Positions 1 to 7,033 of a stretch of 8,867 nt of DNA are shown piece after piece. Every line of letters begins with the position of its first letter. Position 1 is the stretch's first letter. The notes beneath the pieces are model-generated. The model ran no database searches. It saw only the letters and a list, made by a program, of their open reading frames with translations, and had not been told where the DNA came from. The stretch is from Octopus sinensis (taxonomy: Eukaryota), in the NCBI RefSeq assembly GCF_006345805.1, contig NW_021828316.1, positions 1 through 8,867 of the forward strand, in the 5' to 3' direction. The position numbers and the translations under genes are program-made.

Positions 1-2
1 AG

Positions 3-677
3 AACCACACATATGACCCATTTGTGTTCATCGTACTTAAGTAAATCCAATACAACTTTTATGTAATCATAATTCTCTTTTAAGTGCACAGACTGAGCTA
101 TAGGAAGCGCACCAAACAAGTTCCCATTATTGAGTAATAAACATTTTAGACTCTTCTTTGAACTGTCTATAAAGAGTTTTCATTCACAAGGGTCATACTG
201 TACAACACCCATCATGTTTAACAGTCCCGCCACGTTGCAACAATAAAGAAAATCCTTTCCCTTCGTAAAGAATGCCAAGAGATCTTTTTCCTTGTTCTGA
301 TAAAAAGTCACATTTATTTATTTTTACAACAAATTCTTCTCTTTAAGCCTAGAAGCTAACAGTTCTGATAACTATTTTGACAGTCCTAAGTCTCTAACTA
401 AACCATTAAGTTCTGCCTGGTTGAAGTTTTCATGTTCTTTGGTTGATGATTCTACAAAGTCTATATCACTGTCATGTTCATGGTTTATATCTACTTCACA
501 TATATCACTTTCACCCTGCAGTGAAGGTAGATCCTTGTAAACGGGTACTGGTATTTCATCTGAGTGAAGTACTGGATGAATTGCTGAATCCAGATTTGGA
601 GAACTTATTTTCGGTCACGTTCTCTTCCTATAACAAGAAGTATTTGTGAAACAAAAGTAGCAATCGTTTACATGGTA
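3..677 (-). pseudogene. Degenerate DNA-transposon transposase fragment, Chapaev3-like (CMC superfamily)
   Basis: One minus-strand frame with no frameshift reads HVNDCYFCFTNTS...PNLDSAIHPVLHSDEIPVPVY...FNQAELNGLVRDLGLSK*LSELLASRLKEKNLL...YDPCE*KLFIDSSKKSLKCLLLNNGNLFGALPIAQSVHLKENYDYIKVVLDLLKYDEHKWVICV. In-frame stops lie at 615-617, 372-374, 324-326, 318-320 and 180-182. The motifs (H-x-x-DCYFC, ELNDLVRDLxLSK, WRLFIDSS, WxICxDLK) match my recollection of Chapaev3 transposases. Transposase identity is firmer than the subfamily. It runs off the window edge. Confidence 0.85.
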
Positions 678-861
678 TTTGTGTGTTTGTCCCCCCACCA
701 CCACCATCGCTTGACAACCGATATTGGTGTGTTTACGTCCCCATAACTTAGCTATTCGGTAAACGAGACCGATAGAATAAGTACTAGGCTTACAACGAAT
801 AAGTCCTGGGGTTGGTTTTTTTCGACTAAAGGCGGTGATCAAATGACTGAAACAAATAAAA
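678..861 (+). mobile_element. tRNA-derived octopus-type SINE, 3' half (copy 1)
   Basis: catcgcttgacaaccgat...gaccgatagaataagtactaggcttac...gaataagtcctgggg...cgactaaaggcggtg...tcaaatgactgaaaca is homologous to 1685-1806 and to the reverse complement of 6751-6950 and 7034-7225. It lacks about 17 nt (ctccagcatggccacag) present in the 6774-6800 copy. Confidence 0.9.
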
Positions 862-863
862 TA

Positions 864-952
864 TATACACGCACACACACACATACACACACACACTCAC
901 ACACACACGTACAGACGCTCACACACAGGGACTCACACACACACATATACAT
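864..952. repeat. Imperfect (CA)n microsatellite
   Basis: Interrupted cacacaca tract directly after SINE copy 1. Confidence 0.9.
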
Positions 953-1264
953 ATGTACATACTGTGTGTGTCTTTATACGTGTATGTTGCCGGAACAAAT
1001 AAATGAAAAATGAGACTATTAAAAAAAAGAGAAATCAAGATTAACCATAAAATTAAGGATTAATGACAATTTAATCCCACAATCATCCATTTTCATCCAA
1101 TTTATCTCCAGCGTAAAAAAGTATTCTTATCTCTTCACTTTGTAGCTTAATGTGAATATCTATATAGTTTTTTTTGTTTGTTTGTTTCTAGGTGTACGTT
1201 AGTGTACACAACCGTCACTCGCAAGCGAGTGATACTTAGACTACTTTTTTCTCCTACTCGTTTA

Positions 1265-1317
1265 CCCAGTGAAATATCGAAGATAAGACAGCTGAAAGGA
1301 TAAAGGACGGTACTCGT
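1265..1317 (-). repeat. Unassigned dispersed repeat fragment (partner of 6062-6116)
   Basis: The reverse complement of 1284-1317 matches 6062-6095 at 33/34 nt, with weaker extension beyond. Confidence 0.75.
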
Positions 1318-1432
1318 ACTCGACTGGTATTCGCTTTAAATCAAATGAAGTAGAGAGGCATGAAAGAAAGAAACTTGCTTAAGGACACAGCGTAAAACCA
1401 TAGCCTGCATGCATAAATTATATCAAACCAAA

Positions 1433-1806
1433 TGGCTGAATGTATAAGTAACTTGCTTACCAGCCACATGGTTCCGAGTTCAGTCCCACTGCGTGGCACC
1501 TTCGGCAAGTGTCTTCCACTATAGCCTCGGGCCGACCAAAGTTTTGTGAGTGGATTTCGTAGACGGAAACTGAAAAGAAGCTAGTTGTACATACATACAT
1601 ACATGCATACGTACATATATACGTACGTACATACATACATGTGTGTGTGTGTGTGTGTGTGTGTGCTTGTATGTTTGTGTGTTTGCGTTTGTCCTCCCAA
1701 CATCGCTTGACAATCGATGGTGGTAAGTTTACGTTCCAGTAAACTAACGGTTCGGCAAAAGAGCCCGATAGAATAAGTATTAGGCTTACAAACAACAAGT
1801 CCTGGG
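1433..1806 (+). mobile_element. tRNA-derived SINE, near full length and 3'-truncated (copy 2)
   Basis: Degenerate A-box head (tggctgaatgtataag), B-box-like GTTCAGTCC at 1478-1486, body ccactgcgtggcaccttcggcaagtgtcttcc...gacggaaactgaaaagaagc, internal (TACA)n/(TG)n at about 1588-1665, and a 3' domain ending at aagtcctggg. Confidence 0.92.
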
Positions 1807-2086
1807 ATATCCTTTTAGTGCCTTATTATTTAACTCACTCACTGGTTCGATTTCCCCTCATGGTAGAGGCTCTGACGAAGCCGCAAAGTGTCACTCAGAC
1901 ACACAACCATGTGTTCACTGCATTTTATAGCGGAAACTGCTGTAAGCTAATGAAGTTCATAGCATAATCGTTTACTCCTTTGTCATATATATATATATTG
2001 ATGTTTGTTATTATATTCAGTTATAATAAAAAAAAGAATTTTACATTAATCTGATGAGTTACTCTATACTTTTATAGTGTACAAAT

Positions 2087-2164
2087 TTATTATTCTTAGA
2101 CAAGAATGTTGTTGATAGTGACTTCGAAGCTTCGGCCAACAACATTCTTCTCTAAGAATAATAA
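2087..2164. other. Near-perfect inverted repeat / hairpin (28-bp stem, 22-nt loop)
   Basis: 2087-2100 pairs with 2151-2164 (14/14). C2101 opposite C2150 is a mismatch. 2102-2114 pairs with 2137-2149 (13/13). Confidence 0.9.
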
Positions 2165-2169
2165 CTATA

Positions 2170-2171
<2 letters not shown>

Positions 2172-2233
<62 letters not shown>

Positions 2234-2290
2234 GGCACACACACATACATATATATAAACATGTATATGTGTATATATACATATATATGT

Positions 2291-2342
<52 letters not shown>

Positions 2343-2412
2343 GTGTGTGTTTATATATATGTAGACATGTATGCATGCGTGTGTGGGTGTGTGTATGCGT
2401 GTGTATATATAT
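2172..2412. repeat. Perfect (CA)~30 followed by compound (TA)/(TACA)/(TG) microsatellite
   Basis: Uninterrupted CA at 2172-2231, then mixed dinucleotide tracts. Confidence 0.95.
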
Positions 2413-2419
2413 AGGCACA

Positions 2420-2495
2420 TGGCGCGAAATTTTGTAGAAGGGGCCTAGTCGATTATATCCACTCCAGAGGAGCACTGGGGTCGATGTAATCGAAT
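2420..2495. mobile_element. Head-to-head fragments of a second octopus-type SINE, forming a foldback
   Basis: tcgattatatccactccag (2449-2467) is the inverted counterpart of ctggggtcgatgtaatcga (2475-2493). I recall the motif cactggggtcgatgtaatcgact from abundant octopus SINEs. Confidence 0.6.
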
Positions 2496-2943
2496 GACCA
2501 AATGAAATCTCTAGACGCAAGGAAGCCAAGCATAACTCGTTTGGGTATGGCCCTCTTTCCAACAGTATACTACTAACTGTATTCACTTGTAATTTAAGAG
2601 AATTAGTGCGTTTATGCATCTCCCAGTAACATTAGCAGAGTAAATAGAATACCTATACATGCACAATCACAAACGAAGATTTAATTCCCTCTCCATTCCA
2701 TTCTTGATGTCTTGTAATGAAACGTATTATAGAAATTTATGTCCGAAATTATCGTGAGTGAAGTTAAAAAAAGGGACAATTAGGTTTGTTGCAGCTTTGA
2801 TGCCCTTCTCATAATTATCACAGGCATAACAGCGTTTAAATCGCGAACTACAAAACCGAACTTCTCGGTTAGCATAAGCAGTTAGTGAGAGAGCTGACAC
2901 TATGCTGGCACAACTGTTGCATCACAGTTAGCCCCACTAGTTG

Positions 2944-3260
2944 CTAAAACTGCCTGTTGCTTGCTTTTATAGCTGCTCCCTTTCAAACAGATTCGGGGAA
3001 AAGGGATGCAAATGCGTAGGAATGCAGAACTGATGTCGCTTCTGTGGCAGAAAATTCGTGCGCATGCATGCGAAAGTGGATGCATGTTTGGATGCATTAT
3101 AGGGGGTGTGGGCGGAGGTGTGCGAATGGGACACATGGATAAATGAATATGTGTAATGTGAAGAATGCGTGCTGCAGTGATGATAGCACACAACATGTAT
3201 ATGAACATGTACTCTTCAAAGGGACGAAATTGTGTATGTGAGCATGTGAGCGTGTGCATG
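2944..3260 (-). repeat. Unassigned old dispersed repeat (partner of 8420-8570)
   Basis: Colinear inverted blocks: 3221-3232/8447-8458 (11/12), 3003-3042/8503-8541 (about 80%), 2987-2992/8542-8547, and 2944-2960/8552-8570. Confidence 0.65.
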
Positions 3261-3318
3261 CGCGCGCGTGCATGTGCGTGTGTGTGTGCGTGCGTGTGAG
3301 GATTTATACGTGTATTTA

Positions 3319-3361
<43 letters not shown>

Positions 3362-3660
3362 TGATAAATAGATAAATATACGTATATATACATGTACATA
3401 TATATGTGCGTGTGTGTGTGTGTAAGTGTGTGTGTGTGATATGTATATATATACATAAATATATATGTACATGTGGTGTATAGAGTAATATTGTGTTACC
3501 TATGACATATATATGTGTATGTTTCGTATGCCTATATAAGTTAGTGTGTATATATATATATATATATTCCTTTTTTTATATTTATGTATTTATATAATTA
3601 TATAATTATATATTTACATATATTATATATTATATATATATTACGAAATTCGGTCTAATA
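3241..3660. repeat. Compound (TG)/(CG)/(TA) microsatellite and AT-rich low-complexity tract
   Basis: Alternating purine-pyrimidine runs including gcgcgcgcg near 3260, (TA)n at about 3328-3360, and an almost pure A/T stretch at about 3575-3645. Confidence 0.9.
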
Positions 3661-3716
3661 TTATTATATTGAATTTACATATTCATGTAACGCCCGCACT
3701 CCTTAATATCTTACCT

Positions 3717-3857
3717 ATATATATTTGTGTATGTTTGTGTGTGTGTGCGTGTGCATATATGTGTATGCCTATATATACATATACAAACATATATATGTAA
3801 GCACATATATATATATATATATATGCGTGCGTGTGTCTGCGTGTATGTGTACGTGTG

Positions 3858-3896
<39 letters not shown>

Positions 3897-4080
3897 ATGT
3901 AAATACAAAAAGAGGGAAAGAGAGAGAGACAGAGATGCACACACGTGCGCGCGCGCAAACGCATGTATTCCTAAATATACTTAATTCGTGAAGCGTATGA
4001 CTGTTTAGTTAGTCGTGCTTGAACACTCATACACACGCACACACACTCACACACACTTACAGACGCGCGCATTCACACAC
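3717..4080. repeat. Compound (TG)/(TA)/(GA)/(CA) microsatellite cluster
   Basis: Direct inspection. It accounts for the four overlapping spurious ORFs at 3683-3991. Confidence 0.9.
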
Positions 4081-4329
4081 AGATAGATGCTTACGTACGC
4101 GCACACACTGGCGCCCGTGATCATGGCACTTACAGGCGCACACGTTCAAACCGTCCCCTCCACCTACCTCCTCTTCACACAAACCACAAGCCTTTGCTTG
4201 TTTTACTTAGCAACAGGTAAAATATTTTTCAAGCAGTAATGCACCTCTCTCTCTTTCTCCCCCCCCCCGCTTGCGACTTTCTCTTAACTGTTTCACATCA
4301 TCACGGATATGTACATATGGCCACACTCT

Positions 4330-4500
4330 CATACATGCATACACACCGATAATACATACTTACATACATACATACATGCATACATACATACATACATACA
4401 TACATACATACATACATACATACACATGTACATACATACATTGACACATACATATAGATACAGATATGCGGACATTGTGTGTGTGTGTGTGCATGCGTGT
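4330..4500. repeat. (TACA)n tetranucleotide repeat plus short (TG)n
   Basis: A tacatacatacataca run at about 4355-4440. Confidence 0.9.
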
Positions 4501-4508
4501 GCATCTAT

Positions 4509-4721
4509 ACAAATCGACTTATTCTGTTGGTGTCTTTTGTTGAACCGCTAGATTACGGGAATAGAAACACACCAACAGCGGTTGTCAAGCGATGGTGGGT
4601 GACAAACACAGACATACACACAAATACACACACACACGCACTCACAAGACTTTGGTCGGTCCGAGGATCTAGTAGAAGACACTTGCCCAAGGTGCCACGC
4701 AGTGGGACTGAACCCGGAACC
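4509..4721 (-). mobile_element. tRNA-derived SINE, internally deleted, A-box end missing (copy 3)
   Basis: ggttgtcaagcgatgg...gacaaacacagac...ctttggtcggtccgagg...gaagacacttgcccaaggtgccacgcagtgggactgaacccggaacc is the reverse complement of the copy 2 body. It is cut by (TA)n at 4722. Confidence 0.9.
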
Positions 4722-4773
4722 TATATATATATATATATATATATATGCATGCATACACGCACACACACACATG

Positions 4774-4826
<53 letters not shown>

Positions 4827-4830
4827 ATAT
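4722..4830. repeat. (TA)n/(CA)n compound microsatellite
   Basis: Direct inspection. Confidence 0.95.
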
Positions 4831-5018
4831 AGGGAGAATTCACGAAAGAAAAAAGCAAAAGACGAAGACAGGTGTTGTAGAAAACAAACAGATGTATCAG
4901 TATATCGCTCGGGAAGTGAAAAAGACTTTAACGTTTCGAGCCTACGCTCTTCCACAGAAAGGAACACAGAAAGAAACAAGGAGAGATAAAAAAAATGTGT
5001 GTAGTGGCTAGCGATCTT
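4831..5018 (-). mobile_element. Hammerhead-bearing short repeat, unit A (Penelope-like LTR / retrozyme-like; divergent subfamily)
   Basis: It starts right after (TA)n and shares cgctc(g/a)ggaa and tttaacgtttcgagc...gctcttc with units B and C. The family assignment is inferred from the hammerhead motif only, and the boundaries are approximate. Confidence 0.6.
4926..4961 (-). ncRNA. Minimal type I hammerhead ribozyme motif with variant core (CUGUGGA)
   Basis: Minus strand: CUUU-CUGUGGA-A-GAGC(GUAG)GCUC-GAA-ACGU-U-AAAG. Stem I is CUUU/AAAG and stem II is GAGC/GCUC. Conserved A6 is replaced by U. Confidence 0.6.
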
Positions 5019-5140
5019 GCGTTTAAATGTACGCTGTATTTTATATGAATAATATATAGTCTATTGACTAATTTTTCTATACGCTAGGCCACAAGTAGTA
5101 ACAATTTCTAAAATCTTTATTACCCTGATATTATTAATGA
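5019..5140 (+). repeat. Left arm of ~120-bp inverted repeat
   Basis: About 90% identical by hand alignment (about 11 differences in 122 nt) to the reverse complement of 5607-5728. Confidence 0.92.
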
Positions 5141-5152
5141 TATATATATATA

Positions 5153-5363
5153 TATATAAAGTTAATCCAAACATGAAAACACAAAGAAAAAACACAACAA
5201 CGCGAGGACGTTGATCGAATATAGTATTATTGGACGCTCAGGAAGGAAGGGAAGAAGGAGAGTTTAACATTTCGAGCGGAGCTCTTCGTCGGAAACATAG
5301 GAGAAGGAAAGATCCAGAGAAGGGAAGACAGAGGGAAAAAATCGCCAACGGTACACACGCGGT
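5153..5363 (-). mobile_element. Hammerhead-bearing ~210-bp repeat, unit B
   Basis: Direct repeat of 6481-6690 (roughly 88-90% identical by eye), from tatataaagttaatccaaacatg to atcgccaacggtacacacgcggt, flanked by microsatellites. Confidence 0.85.
5262..5296 (-). ncRNA. Minimal type I hammerhead ribozyme motif with U4C core variant
   Basis: Minus strand: GUUU-CCGACGA-A-GAGC(UCC)GCUC-GAA-AUGU-U-AAAC. Confidence 0.6.
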
Positions 5364-5420
5364 CGTGTGTGTCTGTGTATGTGTGTTTGTGTGTTTGTGT
5401 GTTTTGTGTGTGTGTATTTA

Positions 5421-5451
<31 letters not shown>

Positions 5452-5476
5452 ATATATATACATACATACATATATA

Positions 5477-5529
<53 letters not shown>

Positions 5530-5536
5530 TATACAT

Positions 5537-5581
<45 letters not shown>

Positions 5582-5606
5582 CATATATATATATACATAT
5601 ATATAT
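5364..5606. repeat. Imperfect (GT)n followed by long interrupted (TA)n (~185 nt)
   Basis: Direct inspection. Confidence 0.95.
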
Positions 5607-5728
5607 CAATAATAATGTCAGGGTAATAAAGATCTTAAGAAATTATTACTACCAGTGGCCTAGTGTATAGAAAAATTAGTCAATAGACTATATATTATTC
5701 ATATGAAATACAGTGTACATTTAAACAC
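5607..5728 (-). repeat. Right arm of ~120-bp inverted repeat
   Basis: For example, tatagaaaaattagtcaatagactatatattattcatat is the exact reverse complement of atatgaataatatatagtctattgactaatttttctata in the left arm. Confidence 0.92.
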
Positions 5729-6061
5729 ATTAAGAGGTTTCCATCATAGGAATCCCTTACGCTAGAAAGAAACCGTCCTATTACGAAGCTGGAGATCTTG
5801 CTCTGGCTTGTTTCTGGACTACTGAGCTTTGTAGGTGAGAGACATAGTAGGCTGTTATTGACTTTAAATTTCAGCATGGGCATTGCTTACATTTTAACGA
5901 CGCAGGAATAAATCTGCCAGTTCATCTCTTTCGGGCATCTCCGTTATGAAACTTCATTTCTTAATGCTATATCTACAGATATTCTATACAAATTATTGTC
6001 AGCACTGGTTCTTGTTATGACGTTACGTACTGTACGAAACGTATACTCATCGTGGAATCTG

Positions 6062-6116
6062 ACGAGTGCCGTCCTTTATCCTTTCAGCTGTCTTACCATC
6101 GAGTTATTTCTAACTG
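6062..6116 (+). repeat. Unassigned dispersed repeat fragment (partner of 1265-1317)
   Basis: acgagtgccgtcctttatcctttcagctgtctta matches the reverse complement of 1284-1317 at 33/34 nt. Confidence 0.75.
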
Positions 6117-6207
6117 ATGTTATTATTATTTCTTTCTTTTTTTCTTTCTTTATTTATTGGACTATTTCGCTGTATTTCGGGTCATATGCTTTGTGTAATG
6201 GGGCAAA

Positions 6208-6230
6208 ATACTTACCTAGGGGAAAGAAGG
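6208..6230 (-). promoter_or_regulatory. Juxtaposed 3'/5' splice-site motif (candidate recursive splice site)
   Basis: Minus strand: ccttctttcccct-AG|GTAAGTAT, i.e. 13 consecutive pyrimidines, AG (6217-6216), then a consensus donor (6215-6208). Confidence 0.45.
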
Positions 6231-6480
6231 TTTCTTCTCAGAAGACCATCTGCTGTTCAGCTCTGTTGTGAGTTTCTTACCACAGTAACTGCCTTCATGT
6301 TTGTATATATTACACATCAGAATATAATATACACACATCTATGTATATTGTTCTAAGAAACATGAAATGGGTGTATATACAAACATTTAGTGCCAAAAAC
6401 TATTATTAAGATGTCTTAGAAGTATGTGTTAAAACTATAGAAAATATAGTGATATGTATATATATATATATATATATGTA

Positions 6481-6690
6481 TATATAAAGTTAATCCAAAC
6501 ATGAAAACACAAAGAGAGAACAACAACGCGAGGACGTGGAACAAGTATAGTATTATTGGACGCTCAGGAAAGAAGGAAAGAAGGAGGGTTTAACGTTTCG
6601 AGCGGAGCTCTTCGTCAGAAACATGGGAAAAAGAAAGATCCAAAGAAGGGGCGACGAAGGAAAAAAAATCGCCAACGGTACACACGCGGT
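6481..6690 (-). mobile_element. Hammerhead-bearing ~210-bp repeat, unit C
   Basis: Direct repeat of 5153-5363, with (TA)n on the left (about 6454-6485) and TA/CA repeats on the right. Confidence 0.85.
6588..6622 (-). ncRNA. Minimal type I hammerhead ribozyme motif with intact core
   Basis: Minus strand: GUUU-CUGACGA-A-GAGC(UCC)GCUC-GAA-ACGU-U-AAAC. It has the CUGANGA and GAAA boxes, 4-bp stems I and II, a palindromic ACGU stem III, and predicted GUU cleavage between 6592 and 6591. Confidence 0.75.
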
Positions 6691-6750
6691 GACATATATA
6701 TATACACACACACACATAAATGTTTACAAACAGGCATTACTCCTGTCTTT

Positions 6751-6950
6751 TCTTTTACACGTTTCAGCCATTTGACTGTGGCCATGCTGGAGAACCGCCT
6801 TTTAGTCGAAGAAATCGATCCCAAGATTTATTCTTTGTAAGATTAGTACTTATTCTATCAGCCTCTTTTGCCGAACCGCTAATGTTTCGGGGATATAAAC
6901 TTACCAATATCGGTTGTGGGGACAAACACAGACACAAAGACACACACGCA
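6751..6950 (-). mobile_element. tRNA-derived SINE, 3' half (copy 4)
   Basis: gtttcagccatttgactgtggccatgctggagaaccgcc...ttattctttgtaag...gccgaaccgctaa...gacaaacacagacac. Confidence 0.9.
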
Positions 6951-6958
6951 TAAATGTG

Positions 6959-6959
<1 letters not shown>

Positions 6960-7024
<65 letters not shown>
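6960..7024. repeat. (CA)n microsatellite
   Basis: Near-perfect run with one interruption. Confidence 0.95.
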
Positions 7025-7028
<4 letters not shown>

Positions 7029-7033
7029 ATATA

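Noticed and set aside
443-649. 68-aa plus-strand ORF
   Set aside because: It is antisense to the transposase pseudogene and has no independent coding signal.
1025-1080. Cluster of TAAT/TAATCC homeodomain-like sites
   Set aside because: Short AT-rich motifs are common at this base composition, so an enhancer cannot be supported without conservation data.
1433-1490. tRNA gene (also 7345-7403 and GGTTCGATTTCCC at 1844-1856)
   Set aside because: Only A/B-box-like motifs are present with no cloverleaf. The first two are SINE heads and the third is isolated.
1872-1890. CUGACGA-A-GCC-GCAA resembling the 5' half of a hammerhead
   Set aside because: There is no complementary GGC strand and no GAAA box after it. 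At best a decayed half-motif.
2051-2070. CUGAUGA box
   Set aside because: No GAAA box or matching stems downstream.
5735-5840. Possible plus-strand exon ending at AG|GTGAGA (5834|5835)
   Set aside because: One frame is open, but there is no polypyrimidine tract at the acceptor and the peptide is unrecognisable.
6032-6069. GUAC-GAAAC-GUA...CUGACGA-GUGC, a possible type II hammerhead permutation
   Set aside because: Stem II could form (4 bp with one G-U), but the 15 nt between the cleavage site and CUGA give no stem I adjacent to the core.
6208-6222. ATACTTACCT resembling the 5' end of U1 snRNA
   Set aside because: Similarity ends after about 10-15 nt with no U1 body or Sm site. It is better explained as the complement of a 5' splice site.
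5153-6690. Units B and C as LTRs of a retrotransposon
   Set aside because: No TG...CA termini, primer-binding site or polypurine tract, and no gag/pol remnant between them.
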